Below are positions 37,520 to 53,094 of a stretch of DNA of 64,000 bases, one piece after another (positions within the stretch are counted from its first letter, which is position 1; the number at the start of each line of letters is the position of its first letter). A model generated the notes under the pieces. It made no database searches and was not told the DNA's origin. It saw only the letters and a program-made list of their open reading frames with translations. A program made the position numbers and the translations under genes. The DNA lies in the NCBI RefSeq assembly GCF_006345805.1, contig NC_042998.1, positions 77,624,001 through 77,688,000 of the forward strand, read 5' to 3'. This DNA is from Octopus sinensis. Taxonomy: Eukaryota.

Positions 37520-38738
37520 ATTTTTTTTTTTTTTTTTTTTTTTTCCATTTCCTTGTAATTTCTCTGTGTCAGTATGTTCGGATGGTTGAGTCTGGGTTTG
37601 TACTTTTCAATGAAGAATGTTTCCTGTTCAGTCTCATTTGTGTTGATGATCCGAAAGCACATTGGTAAAATGGGAAGATTAAAAATTGTGGCAGTAGTTG
37701 CTTGCGCATTTCTCAATGTGCTCACTAAAAGGTATCATTCTATATTCTGGGAATGCAATCTGTTGTCGATGCAGTGTGCATCTGCGCCTGAGTGATAGTC
37801 CCGTGGAACCCACGTAGTCTTGGTGGCAGCCCGAGCATTTAATAACATAAATTATGTTTTCAGAGGCACAAGTAAAGTTAGATTTGATCTTAAATTTCTG
37901 TCCCTCTTTAAAGAAGAATTCTGATCCTTCCAATAGGTTAGGACATGTTGCACAGTTCGATCTACCACATTTTTTTACTTTTGCATCCGTAATTTTAGAA
38001 GACAATTTTGCCTTTGTGAGAATCTTTTTAAGTGATTTAGGCTGTTTGTAGCTTTTAATGATTTGGTGTATGTTTAGAATTTTCCTTTAATTTTGGGTTT
38101 TTATGAAGTATTGGTAATTCTGGGTGATGATGGTGAAGGCTTCTTTGTTTCTGGGGTTGTATGTAGATATGTAAGGTAGTATTTTCGGGGAAGGTTTGTG
38201 TTGTGTTGAACTTTTCTTAAAGTTTCTATGTTGATTTCTGTTGCACGTCTGATCCCATCCTCTATGAGTTGAGCTGGGTAATGTCTGTCAATTAGGGTGT
38301 TTTTGAGTTCTTGCAGTCTAAAGTTCCTGGTATTTTGTTCTGACACTAGTGTGCATATCCTCTTTGCAAGGTTTGAAGGGGATGTTTTTTTTTAGTGTGT
38401 CTTGGGTGCATGAATTAAAAAGAAGGTATTGTTTGGCGTCTGTGGCTTTGTAAAAAATGTCTGTTTCTATTTTAAGGTTAATTTTTTTAATTAGTATATC
38501 CAAGAACGGGAGCTCCTTTTGGTTGTATTCCATTGTGAACTGTATATTTGGGTTTATGCTGTTCAATAGGTTTTAAATTTTAGGAGTTTATCTATGTTTT
38601 CATTCCAGAGAATGAAACAATCGTCTAGGAATCGTTTCCAATTCTCTTTTATGTATTGAGAGAGGGAGTTTCCAAAGATGATAGAGATTCCTGGTAAATG
38701 ATTATTTCCATGTATCCCATTGTTAAGTTCGCAATGAC
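37520..38738 (-). pseudogene. PLE RT/GIY-YIG reading frame, broken by a few 1-bp indels
   Basis: ORF-track pieces 38318-38566, 38101-38346, 37679-38005 and 37513-37725 are consecutive parts of one PLE polyprotein. Confidence 0.8.
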
Positions 38739-40277
<1,539 letters not shown>

Positions 40278-40280
40278 ATA

Positions 40281-40675
40281 CTAGCAGTATCGCCCGGCGT
40301 TGCTCGGGTTTGTAAGGGAAATAATTATATAAGCATTTTTAGAGATGTAAAGTATAATAGCCATCTCAATATGGCTAACCACAAAGGGGAAGGGGTGTTA
40401 CTGTAGCTTTTTACGTTCTGAGATTTAATAATAAATTTTAGAGAGTTACTTCCCTTATATATGTCAAAAATGGATTAAAAATGGGAAAAATTGATGGTAA
40501 ATTTTTTTTTAAATTGTAGACTCATCGTAGACGCGCGCTAATACCCAGACGGTCTCGATATGAATCACGACTATAAGATACCCGGTTTTGGTTAAACTGC
40601 ACCGCAAAATGTGGGAGTAGTTAGGAATCTAAATCGTAGGAGACAGACACACAACCTCACATTTATATATAAAGA
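40281..40675 (-). mobile_element. Non-autonomous Helitron
   Basis: Minus strand starts A|TCTTTATATATAAA and ends with hairpin CCCG-AGCAACGC-CGGG then CTAG|T. No TSD. Confidence 0.75.
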
Positions 40676-40738
40676 TTTCCTCTATTTACATAATATTGAG
40701 GTCTCTTTCTTTCTTTTGTTATCTTACTGTTTTTACCA

Positions 40739-40793
<55 letters not shown>

Positions 40794-40795
40794 CA

Positions 40796-41112
40796 GAGAT
40801 GTACTTGCATAGCAAGTGACTTGATCTGAGATCGTGTGCTGGAACGAAAACTGTTGCAGCGTTGAAGGTGTTTATAAGCCATTTAAGAAACACAGAAAAC
40901 CGTTAGATTCACTTCAACATTTAAATTTGATTTGTCAAAATATTTTCGTCGCTTTGAGACCGCGACCTGTTAGCACGATATTTTTGTCAGTGAGCAGGTC
41001 GCGGTCTCAAAGCGACGAAAGTATTTTGGCAAATTAAATTTAAATGTTGAAGTGAATGTAACGGTTTTTGTGTGTTTCTTAAACGGCTTACAAACACCTT
41101 CCACGCTGCAAT
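40796..41112. repeat. Asymmetric palindromic element (~118-bp arms plus ~55-bp one-sided extension)
   Basis: Arms at 40852-40969 and 40993-41112. A second copy with the same extension lies at 50843-51165. Confidence 0.8.
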
Positions 41113-41475
41113 ATATATACACACATATATATATATGTATGTATGTATGTATGTGTGTATATGTGTATGCATGTATGTGTGTGTGTGTGCGTGTCTGTGC
41201 TTGTGATTGTCCTCCACCACTGCTTGACAACGAATGTTGGTTTGTTTACATCCCTGTCACCTAGTGGTTTGACAAAGGAAACAGATAGAATAAGTACAAT
41301 GCTTACAAAAATAAAACTGGAGTTGATTCATTAAACTACAATTCTTCAAGGCATTGCCCCAGCATGGCCATAGAGCAATGGCTGGAAAAAGCAGAAGAAT
41401 AAAAGAATACATTCTCTGCTTTGGTCTTATGTTCAAGGCATGAGAAAGCTTGAGTTTACATGAGAAGGCCTAACA

Positions 41476-41735
41476 GACCTGGTAGAAACAGCAGCCAAAT
41501 CTCCCTCAAATCACACCTTACTGTCTTATGTATGTATATATATATGAGCCAATGAGGGGGACCTCTACATGGTAGCTAGACCTGGTAGAAATAGCAGCCA
41601 AATTTCCCCCAAATCACACCTTACTGTCTTATCTATGTATATATGTATGAGCCTATGAGGGAGACCCCTACATGGCAGGTAGACATGGTAGAAATAGCAG
41701 CCAAATCTCCCTCAAATCACACCTTACTGTCTTAT
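41476..41735. repeat. ~103-bp tandem repeat, about 2.5 units
   Basis: GGTAGAAA(C/T)AGCAGCCAAAT(C/T)TCCC(T/C)CAAATCACACCTTACTGTCTTAT recurs at ~41481, ~41584 and ~41687. Confidence 0.85.
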
Positions 41736-42499
41736 CTTTCTGCTACTTGGATATAGGTCTTATATTCTTCGTAAAAAACTTTCCTGTCACACACTCACGC
41801 ACACGCACACACACACGCACCCTCACACACACACACACGCGCACACACACACACACACACACGCACGTTAGCTTACAATTTTATTTATATATTTGCGTGT
41901 CTATGTGTGGAATAGGAAGTGGGAGGCAGAGTGAAAGAATCACTCACTACAGTAAGTCAATTACTTTCATTTTATTCGTTGCCCACTGTGTGTGTGCGTT
42001 TGCGTGTGGTGTAAACCAGACTAAGAAAAGCATTTGACACACACACCAGAATGTGAGTTTTCTGTAAATTTTGCTTAATTGGAGTTTAAATTTTAAAAAC
42101 TGGACCTGGCATGACGCGATGCATTGTACTCTCAAAAATGCTAGGTAAATTGTAATTAAAGAAATCCTATATTGTAGATTTGTATAACTCCCAAAGGGAG
42201 GCAGATAAAATCTGCCTTTTATAATAAGAGATATATATATATACATACATACATAACGAAAACCAAGACCTTCAAAGGAGAACGAAAATTCAGATCCCGT
42301 TCGTTGAATGATCTTTTCTGTTTCTAAAAGGTTTCTAACAACGTACTCTAAATTTTTTTCACTAAAATCCTCTTCACACGAAAACCTCTTAGTAACATGC
42401 AATCACTTCTCTCTCTTCTATATTTTTCTTTTGTTGTTATGTATCTAAATTCACCTTATTCATAAATATTTGTGATGTGTAAACATACTTTTGTAAGTT

Positions 42500-43260
42500 T
42501 ACTTTCTTATTGATAAATATATAAATGTATGGAATAGTTTTTTTGTGTAGGTCGAAAATGTGAGTGTCTTATATGTTTCAGTATGCTTTTTATTGTGTAA
42601 CGTGTACCAATTACTTCAGGAATAATTGTTTTAGATTCCACAGTCTCTTTAGATCTGATATTTCTCATGTGTTTCAATTTCTTTGTTGTCGACAGTATTT
42701 TAGGGAATTGCAAGGTCTATGATCGCACACAGTTTATATTGTCCTCTATAATAATAACTAGTCTTCTTGCTTGATTCTGGAGTTCTTATTCTTTATTATA
42801 AGCTCGCGCTCGTGTTTATACCACTTTTCTGTGATTTTGAATGCACTTATTCAACTAATATTCCAACACGCACTTTTAATTACACCATCGTATCTGCGCT
42901 TGTACTCTTGCTTTGCGAGCTTACTGCATTCATTCAAGAGATGATCGATGTTTTCGTTTATTTTCTTACAGATTCTACATATGCCGTCTGACTTAGTTTT
43001 GTCAAACTTTGATTTTGACAGATTCGTCTTAATGCTTCTACCTGGCAGCAATAATTAGCACTTTGGTCTCTGGTTTAAGATGTCGGTCCATCGGCCATAC
43101 ACAACATTCTTCATTTCCAGAATTTTCCCCTTGCTGCATGAAATGGATGCATAATTCAATTTCTTTCTGTTCGCATCCTTTTCTCTTTGAATTCTAATGT
43201 TTCAATAACATTTTCAGAATCTCTAGGCATCGATGTACTATTCGTAGAATTCTTTCTACT
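42500..43260 (-). mobile_element. Decayed RLE-type non-LTR retrotransposon 3' part (R4/Dong-like)
   Basis: CRICKKINENIDHLLNECSKLAKQEYKRRYDGV (CCHC), then KWYKHE and a CAIIDLAIP..VDNKEIE restriction-like endonuclease motif. Confidence 0.7.
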
Positions 43261-43351
43261 CACATTAGACCATATTATTATTCTAATTATGATTCTAATT
43301 GTTATTATTATTATTATTATTATTATCATTATTATTATTAATTTATTATTA

Positions 43352-43890
43352 CTGAGTGAGAGAGCAGCTATCAAAGTGATACCGCGGTGCAAGTATACGA
43401 AGTTCAATATACCCATCATGGCTACCCGGCCGATAAGGGTAGACCAGACACATGTATCTCAACCATGGGTGTACACCATGATCTTCTCACATCAAGATAA
43501 ACGGTGCATGACCAATTATTGAGTGTTTTTTTCAGATCGAGTTGACCGTCCGCCCAAAAAGTTTCCGAATAAGGGTTGTTTAAGGATGCTGAATGAAACA
43601 TCTATGCTTCTACAGATGATTTATTCAAACCTCAAAGAATACTTCTTAAGCCATGGCTATTTTCGTACCCGCACTAAATTCTTCTCATGATCTGAGATGC
43701 ACATATCATAAGCCGCTAAGGTGCAAGCTCAACCGGTTAAGGTCAAGCAACTGACAAGTAAATCTGAGGTGTTGACCTGAATATTTGGTGATGCCTTCTT
43801 TGACACCGAGACAAAACGTGTGCATGATAACACTTCCAATTAGTTAAAATTGGGATCCATGAGAGCCATTGCCTGGCATTGCATCAGAGC
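43352..43890. repeat. Diverged copy of the ~600-bp repeat, adjoining (TTA)n
   Basis: Collinear with 13925-14522. Confidence 0.8.
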
Positions 43891-44331
43891 ATCCTGGTAT
43901 CCATCATCACCATCATTAGGATTCTGTGTGGTCAGAATCGTCAGAGTGTCTAACAAAATACGTAACAATATTTTACTTTATAGCTACGATCTTACACACA
44001 TTCTGTGGTCGAATTCACAATTCATCCTACTATTTTCAGATAAAGCTTAACACCACGAGAGTGTTCAGGGTATTATAATCGATTGTTCCTACTCCCCAAT
44101 TTTCGGCCTTCTACTTTCATTGGAAATTATTGTTGGTTGTATGATGGCGACAAGTACGAAAGTAAGCGTTTGCCTGTAGTATTAGAGTAATCCGGGTTTT
44201 TATACGGGATGTCTCCAATTTCTGTGTATATGTCCTTATCATTTTTGGTATCCTTTCCTTACTCTAATATTCTTCTGTACCGTTACTTCCTATATATTGA
44301 TAGCATCTTCTTAATGCAACTTATTTAATCG

Positions 44332-44667
44332 ACTCCGAAAGAATGAAAGGCAAAGTCGACCTCGGCGGAATTTGAACCAAGAGCGTAGCGGCAGACGAAA
44401 TACCTATTTCTTTATTACCCACAAGGGGCTAAACACAGAGGGGACAAACAAGGACAGACATAGGTATTAAGTCGATTACATCGACCCCAGTGCGTAACTG
44501 GTACTTAATTTATCGACCCCGAAAGGATGAAAGGCAAAGTCGACCTCGGCGGAATTTGAACTCACAACGCAACGCAGACGAAATACCGCTAGGCATTTCG
44601 CCCGGCTTGCTAACGTTTCTGCCAGCTCGCCGCCCTATATTGGACTCATATAGCAAATGTAAAGTAC

Positions 44668-44703
<36 letters not shown>

Positions 44704-45765
44704 GAATCGTTCGGGCAACAGAAAATGCCGTGTTTTGTTCTCTTTACTTTTGAGTTCAAATCTCACCGAGGTTGACTTTGGATTTCTTTCTTTTGCGGTC
44801 GTGATTAAATAAAGAAGCAGTTATTTGCTAAGAGGGATGTACATGAATTGACCCTTCCTCTAAAACTGCTGGCCTTTTACCATGATTTGAAACAGTAAAG
44901 TGGTGAGCTGGTAAGAATTGTCAGCACGTTGGCAAAAAGCCTAGTGGCATTTCTTCCAGCTCTTTTCGGCCTGGGTTCAAATCTCGCTGATGTAGTTTTT
45001 TTCCTTTTATGGTTTCGGAGTCGTGAGAATAAGCACCATTCAAGTTCTGTGGTCTATGTGATCAAGATGACCCTCCCATCAAAATTTCCGTCCTTGTGCC
45101 TAAATTAGAAATCGTTAAAATTATTATTGTTGTTCGTGTTTGTATTCTTATTTGAATTTAATTGATGTATAAGTTTCACCTTGCCACTGTTTCACCTTGC
45201 CACATTTAGATACAGCATATCTAAATGTATGTAAAAGAAAAGGTGCCGAAACCTTTTGCTGGGATAGACAAAATAAAGTTTGCGTTTACATGTTTGAAAA
45301 CGTTTCGTTTACCCCAAATTCAACACAGATTATTGAATCAGATTAGCGGGAAAAGGTAATCGCTGCGTTGGTGGTTGCAAAAATGTAAAGAAACGCGCCT
45401 GCCAGCTACAAGCATGTCAAAAATAATAACAAAGTTACTAAATACGAAAAGCAGGACGTTCGCAATATCTCCAAATTTGATAATAATTTAAATATTGATA
45501 ATAATTTAAAAGAACAACACTAACAAGCAATTATTAATATAGTAATAATGATGAAGGCGGCGAGCTGGAAGAATCGTTAGCACAGCGCACAAAATGATTA
45601 GCGACACTTCGTCCGTCTTTACGTTCTGAATTGAAACTCCGCCGAAGACGACTTTGCCTTTCATCTTTTCGGGGTCGATAAAATAAATACCAGATGAGCA
45701 CTGGGCTCAACATAATCGACTAGCCTCCCCCTCCGAACTTTCAGGCCTTCAACCAAAATTTGAAA
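44332..45765. mobile_element. S1 SINE cluster: 44332-44636 (-), ~44700-44890, ~44900-45110 and 45554-45765 (+)
   Basis: S1 head and core motifs in each copy. Confidence 0.75.
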
Positions 45766-47008
45766 CTAATATTATAAGCTTAATATTTAATAGGAATATG
45801 TGAGTTTTAGCTAGGCGAGACAAAACCACCTAGGTCTGGAAGGACTTTCCCCCAAGAAAGCCACGGTCTCTGGCTTTTCATCTAAACACGTTCGTTGCTT
45901 TAATGCACGAAGCAAGTATTTAAATAGCGGTGGAATTCATTCTTAGCTCACTCTACATATTAGCAATTTACCGTTGAACTGACATTTCTGGATTTAAGTA
46001 AGACCACTCAGAGCAAATAACTCTATCTATTGTGACGAATCACACCATTTTACTCTAAGAGTTTATTTTACCGCAGGTCACAAGAATGATAACGTTCTTT
46101 TCCCAGAATAGAAGTTGGAGTGGAAGTGTTTTATTTGCTTTTTATTGCTAGCATGCACACCAAAATTTGATTTATAACACAGTTTTACTAACGCATTCGA
46201 CAATACACTGCTTACTTAGGACTATAAACAATTGTTTTTACCAGCAGAAGAATGGGGCCTTAGTCTAATGCTATAGTGCGTGGATCCATGCAACTGAAGC
46301 TTAAGTGTTTGAGCCATTGCTGGCAATATTGAACCTCGTCAAATTATCACCACTGTATCGCATTATGTTCGGGTTTTGAGGATGGAGTAACAAATAAGGA
46401 GCGACATGAGACTGGGATTATTCAGTAGATGCTCTTATCATCCTTCAAAATTATATGGGTATTTAAAAATCTTGCCCGATTAACGATGCTCATTCAAAAA
46501 GCAATACGAATGAAGTGAAAGGCAGGAAGACCAATTGTAGAAACAAAAGCTATTTGAGGGTTATCAGCAAGAGAAGCTCGTTACACCAAGGACGTCGTCG
46601 CTGTCCCACTACATGAGGTCTCTTGATGACATTCCAGATTCCAGAAACACTGTTTTGGTTTTCTGTTTACCCAAGACTGAAGCTCGATGCAAGAAAGGAA
46701 TATCGTCCAGAAATTTCTGCGGTAATGCTGGCTCACCGCATCTGCGTATATGCAGCCACTTAATAGAAGACGTTGGCTACAGATGGACTTCGTAACTTTT
46801 CATGCCAATTGAGATAGTCAGGCTGTAAATTATGGCAAATCCGATTAAGGCGTTCACATTCTGCACGGCTTTTCTGTATAAGACTAGCTAGTCTGCTCAT
46901 CATAAGTGCTTAAGATGTTGGAGAGAGTAAAACGTTGAAATACAGAATAATAATGGGACATTTGTGTCTACTAAAACAATTCTATCAATAATAAGTATCT
47001 TAGATATG

Positions 47009-47403
47009 AAGGTGGCGAGCTGGCAGAAACGTTAGCATGCCGGGCGAAATGCGTAGCCGTATTTCGTCTGCCGTTACGCTCTGAGTTCAAATTCCGCCGA
47101 GGTCGACTTTGCCTTTCATCCTTTCAGGGTCGATAAATTAAATACCAGTTACACACTGTGGTCGATATAATCGACTCCATCCGTTTGTCTGTCCTTGTTT
47201 GTCCTCTCTGTGTTTAGCCCCTTGTGGGTAGTAAAGAAATAGGTATTTCGTTTCTCCTTAAGTTGTGATTTCAAATTCCGCCGAGGTCGACTTTGCCTTT
47301 CATCCTTTCGGGGTCAATAAATTAAGTACCAGTTGCGTACTGGGGTAGATGTAATCGACTGGCCCCCGCCCCACAATTTGTTCGGGCTTCGAGTAGAAAA
47401 GAA
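47009..47403 (+). mobile_element. Well-preserved S1 SINE with duplicated core
   Basis: GGTGGCGAGCTGGCAGAAACGTTAGC head, with the core GCCGAGGTCGACTTTGCCTTTCATCCTTTC present twice. Confidence 0.85.
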
Positions 47404-50400
47404 TAACTATAATAGGTACCTTAATAATGTGAAAACAAATTTCAAAAGCAACGTAAATTAACAATAGTATAAGAAAGCATTCCTAAAGTGAGGGTAGTTC
47501 CGAACAACTAGCGCTATAGATGACTCACAAAAAGCAAGTGTCTTTTCCAAGTATCCGCAGACAGTGTACAGACGCACACATAGAGAATTTAATGACGCTA
47601 ATTTTGCCATTCTTCGTCGCTCCCTTTCAGATTATTGGGCAGCTGTACTTTACACACTATTGCTATTCATTCCTTTATGTGGAAAATGATGAACTTGGCG
47701 ACGTTTGACCACATTGTCACCAGACAGAGGGTGACTGCATGATTTTCCTTACGAAATAAAGATAGTGAGTGCATCTTCATGTGAGTCTTGGTTAATGACC
47801 GAATTCATCTCTTTGTAATAACAACTGTTGAACTGAGTCCTACAAATCAGACATGTGCGGGTACTAATCAAATTCAAGAAAATTCTCCATCAGAACTAAC
47901 TTTCTAATCTTGAAGTTCTACAGATTGTCCTAAACTGCAGGCCTTAGAGAACCTGTAGCACGTTAAGTCAATAACGTTTGGAAGTTAGACTGCTGCCATC
48001 GATACCTGCAATGCCTTCCTAGCCTTTCGTTAAAATACGAGTATTGAATTTATTTACTGATCGCATTGTCTAGATTGCAGTGAGAGCTTAGCAACTTTTC
48101 AGATGTCAACCGTCCAACAGCATTTCACTCAGGACTGAATCAAAAGAGTGGAAATACATAATGTTCAAACAGAGACAAGAGCTGATTGCTGTTATTATTG
48201 ACGGGAATCATTACAGAGAATACGGCATCTAATAAGCAGACCATTCGGCCAGCTTAATCTGTTTCGTCAATAATAATAAACGAGCAACTACTTTAGTCTG
48301 ATAATATATTTCCTGGGAAAGGAATGACGCTCAATCAATAACATACACCACAAAAAGACGAAGACGTAAATCATTTCTACCTGAACACTCAGGGATGGCT
48401 AATGAACCTGGACCTGAACTCTTTTTCCCAGTTTGCTGTTTGTGTTCACCAGCCACCGCTACACCCAGAGAAAAATATAAATAGATACAGAAAGAAGGAG
48501 GGAAGGAGAGAGAAAAAGATAGATAGCTCTTGGAGGAATGAATGAGCGCTGTAAAAGGATCAGGACAGACGTCACACGTAATGTAATTTTATAGCAACTA
48601 AATTCGGAACGGTTATCTTAAGGATATCTGCCCGGGGACGATGGTCGACTCTCTTGCGTGTGTAACATAATCTGACTGAACGTATCTGAGCCCCGAAGCG
48701 AAAATATTGTGGATAGGACTAGTGACGTACGTCTTAATTTGCACAGTCACGATTATACTAACGACAGGTTCCAACATTCTTATGAAACTTTCGTAATATT
48801 TTTAACCCCACTGACTAAAATTGTAGTAATAAACCACGACTGTTTCAATTCATCTTTTGTAATACCTTTCCAGTTACACTTTTCCCGACTCTCACAACTT
48901 GTAATATCCAGAGTTAGTTGTGGATTGTTCTGCATATATAGCAAAATTTCTTCATCTCGTATCAGGGAAATATGTGTATACCATCATGAACATCTAAGCT
49001 AAAATATTTAATTGTTTTGACCAAAGTTCTAGATCTGAAGTTGTCTATTATATCATCATTTTCTGGAAAACTGCCGAGAAGAACCACGAATCCACGGTTT
49101 GCACTATTTTGGTGCGTTCATTTTCCTATAGAACTAACTCTCATAGCTATTCAACAGATGCTACTTTATCTGTCGAAATCAATATTCGCGTCTTTGGCCG
49201 AGAATCGCGACAAATCAGCAATTTAAGCATAGAAATGATTTTGCAAAATGCTTCTCCGAAATCGATCTCGGAAGCAATGTTCGAAATATAGTCTATTGCT
49301 ACACAGCGTTTCTGCCCTCATTCAACATATGTTGCATCTGCCTTAGCGGAATTGTGGACTACGTATATTATCTTTACAGTTTAATTTAATGAAAACTTTT
49401 TGTACGACTTGAATAGTCCTCTACGATTTTCAAAGCTCATATCAGTGAATTTGGGAGAACAAGGTGATACGTATGAGAGAACTGGAAATGTTCAAGTTGA
49501 TTAGTGAGGGTTTTGCACAGACCCGCCTATTAGCTTCTCATTCAAAATCCCTGTATGTGTCTAAAGTTTTACACATTCAAATATTCTTTAGCGTCTGTGG
49601 TGAGTTTTTTTGAAAGTGCTCAGTTAATTTGCTACACGTAAGTCAGGTCCCCGTACTATCATACATTGCTGGCATAAATTTAGATTAAAGGAGATATTAT
49701 CTACTGTCAGCAATTCTATTTGTCATTGACTTGAATTTTTTCTACAGAAAAGTAAATTATATCGTATCTGGTTGTGCTACTAGATAGTGACGCGAGAGAG
49801 ACGAAATTGGAAAGTAAGAGTAGAATGGAGTATAATTGAAATATAAGAAAATTTATAGAAATAAATTGAGGTGGAAAGAAGATTAAAAGAATTAACATCA
49901 AGGCAAAATCACTATTGAGATAAGATATTCTGCAGACCTACTTCAAGGAATGAAAGACGAATTTCTGAAATTGAAAAGGAGAGGCGCACAAGAAAGATAT
50001 TAATGAGAAATTGGCAAGTCCACCGAAATGACATTACTAAACTGTTCAGACCAAAAACATTATTAGGTTGAAGATTTGTCAAATTTATGGTAGCAGAACA
50101 CTTGGAAATAATATAGCTAGAAAGGCATAAGCGGTAAAAGTTGCAGTTACAGACAAGGACCACAATGGCAGATATATTGCCGCGGAAATAAATAAATATA
50201 GAATAAGTTTGGCAACGTTATAAATTGTCTGAGATACAGAGTTTCTTATGCAAACAGCAGATAACGCAGTAAAGGAACAAGTGAAATTGAAGCAATGGAA
50301 ATTAAGGCCGTAACTCAGAGGGGTGATCGATGTCGATAAGAGTATCATAATACAAATCTTCCATGTCTCACGTTTAAGAAAAAGCAAATCTTTTCTTTGT

Positions 50401-50842
50401 TTATTGTTAATACATTTGATCTTAAGGATAGCAGATGTGATATTCTAATTATCTCACCGCAATAGATTCAGCAACATTATAAACAACCACTAAATGTAAT
50501 ACTTGCGAAGAACGAATTGTTACAATGTAAGTATATCACTGAATTTTTTTATTTTTTTTTTGTAGAAAGGTGCCAGTTGAGCATTGAGATTCTTGAAGTT
50601 TTCGAAGTAGTCAAGTAGCCATTGGCAAATGATGCTCGAATGCTTGCAACAATTTGTGCAATTATGTGTTTCTTTATAAACCAGTAAGTATATAGCTATG
50701 GAAGATTAAGCACAGACAACAGGAAAAATGCACAACGGTAGTTACACACAGGCAAAACATTCGGGAGGGTGTCCAGAAGAAAAGGATAAAAATTTCGCGA
50801 AAACATACCAAATATGAGGGACAACAAATATTTAAGTTTTAC

Positions 50843-51165
50843 GGAGATGTACTTGCATAGCAAGTGACCTGATCTGAGATCGTCTGCTGAAACAAAAACA
50901 GTTGCAGTGTGGAAGGTATTTATAAGTCACTTAAAAACACACAAAACCGTTAGATTCACTTCAACATTTAAATTTAATTTGTCAGCATATTTTCGTCACT
51001 TTGAAACCGCGACCTGTTCACTGATGCAGCACGGAATTTTGTCAGTGAACAGGTTGCGGTTTCAAAGCGACGAAAATATTTCTACAAATCAAATTTAACT
51101 GTTGAAGTGAATCTAACTGTTTTTGTGTGTTTTGAGATGACTTATAAACACCTTCCACGCTGCAA
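50843..51165. repeat. Second copy of the asymmetric palindromic element
   Basis: Matches 40796-41112, including the GAGATGTACTTGCATAGCAAGTGAC extension. Confidence 0.8.
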
Positions 51166-51199
51166 ATATTTAACTCTGTCCACAAAAAGTCAAGTGGTA

Positions 51200-51500
51200 A
51201 CACTGAGAATGACAGAACCCAGAACAAAGTAACAAATTATTGAAGGATGAATGGCTTTTGACTAGAGTTAAAAGGAGAACTAATAACTGATACGACTGTG
51301 CATAAAGAGATGATAGCAGTCCATAGAAGCAGAACGATGGAAATTAGTCCTTGAACGAAAAGAGTGAAATACCAAAAAGCGAAGCGACAGGTGGCAGCCC
51401 CAAAATCTAAAAGACAGACGCATGCAGATAAAGGAGAACTAGAATTCAAGAAAGAGATGTATTGTGGGGAACATTAAAAGCGAAGAGGGAGAGTAATGAA
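51200..51500 (+). mobile_element. Possible very old RTE-like fragment
   Basis: Purine-rich, with VKYQKAKRQVAA resembling the YQTTKREARRQV inter-domain segment of the 60.5-kb RTE. Weak. Confidence 0.3.
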
Positions 51501-52175
51501 AGAACAATAGGAAAGAGATGAAAGGACAGGAGAGAAACGAGAAATTGATGTAGAGACAAAAGCAGAGATAAGACAGAACGAAAGGGAGAGAGTAAAAGAC
51601 AGACGTGAAGAACCTCTGGGTACTGAAAAATACATATTTAAATGATAAAATCCTATAGGTGAACTGGAAGGAATGTTGCTCAACAATGCACAGGTAGATG
51701 AATATACTGAACAAAAACAAAATCATTAGAATGTTACCATAGGTCTCGTTCGAAAATTTATATGAACATGTCCAGTATACAAAGTATCCTTTATGTTTCT
51801 GGGTGGTACAGTGTATTTAAAGGTATTTCGACTATTACTTCTGCTAGATCTGATGATTGTCTACGAGATGATTCTTCTTTAGCTCGCTATTTTCTATAAA
51901 CAAAACCACCTCGGTCAGAAAACAATATCCCTAAGATTGCAGTCATGCTCAATTATACATAAAAACATACATACATACGTATATACATACACACGCACAC
52001 ACACACACACACACATACACGAACACAACCACACGAACACACACACACATATATATAAATGAAGTGAAATTTAATTGAATATTTACATATAATTTGGTAA
52101 TCTTTCACGTAAAGCTGAATGCATGATGGCTGCGTAAGAGAGAATATCGTATATATATTATGCATGCATGAATAC

Positions 52176-52236
<61 letters not shown>

Positions 52237-52280
52237 CATACATACACACATACATCTACACACACAAACACACACACACA

Positions 52281-52745
52281 CACGCATATTTACAGACAGA
52301 GAGGTAGATGGATAAACGTGTGTATCTATACCTGCAATCATTCAATAGGTGTATCAGGAAACCGTAAACGAAACCAAATAGGCAAAGGTCATGAAACAAA
52401 ATGGAATATGTATTTTGCATCAAGAAACACAAACAGATACAAATATACGGAAAGTGAAAAAAATTACTCATTAATCTTGAAATAAGATCATTATCATTAC
52501 AGTATACAGGCATATAATTTACTTAGTTTATAAAATGAAATCTCACATGAAATTTATAAATCTTTCACATTTTCCAAGTCATGTTGTGGATAAATGACAG
52601 ATTAGGAAAACAACACTTTAGACACACGCTTGCAAACTGTCGCAAGCCCTCCAATTTAATTTTGTTCATCCATCTGTCTCTGTCGCACTCAAGCTATATT
52701 TTACTTCCTATTTCTCTTTGTCATTCACCCTCTCCCTCTCTCTCC

Positions 52746-52826
<81 letters not shown>

Positions 52827-53084
52827 CGTACATATATATGTATGTATATATGTATGTATGTATATATGTATATATATATATATATTTATATAACTTTAAT
52901 AATACATACATAAATACATACATACATATACATACATACACACACAAACACACACACACACGCATATTTACAGACAGAGAGGTAGATGGATAAACGTGTG
53001 TATCTATACCTGCAATCATTCAATAGGTGTATCAGGAACCCGTAAACGAAACCAAATAGGCAAAGGTCATGAAACAAAATGGAA
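52281..53084. repeat. Local direct duplication, ~125 bp of unique sequence plus microsatellite, offset 678 bp
   Basis: 52281-52406 matches 52959-53084 almost exactly. Confidence 0.85.
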
Positions 53085-53094
53085 AATATATATA

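Larger units (their letters stand above)
36153..38738 (-). mobile_element. 5'-truncated Penelope-like retroelement (RT C-half, linker, GIY-YIG, long 3' region)
   Basis: ANLTMGYME (38700-38735), WKRFLDDCFILW, LNSINPNIQFTME...LPFLDILI, CGRSNCATC, NIIYVIKCSGCHQDYVGSTG and FFIEKYKPRLN. Assignment of 36153-37055 to the element is inferred from the HHR. Confidence 0.85.

Noticed and set aside
40940-41030. Possible hammerhead in the asymmetric palindrome (GAAACCGCG/GAGACCGCG)
   Set aside because: There is no correctly placed CUGANGA or NUH.
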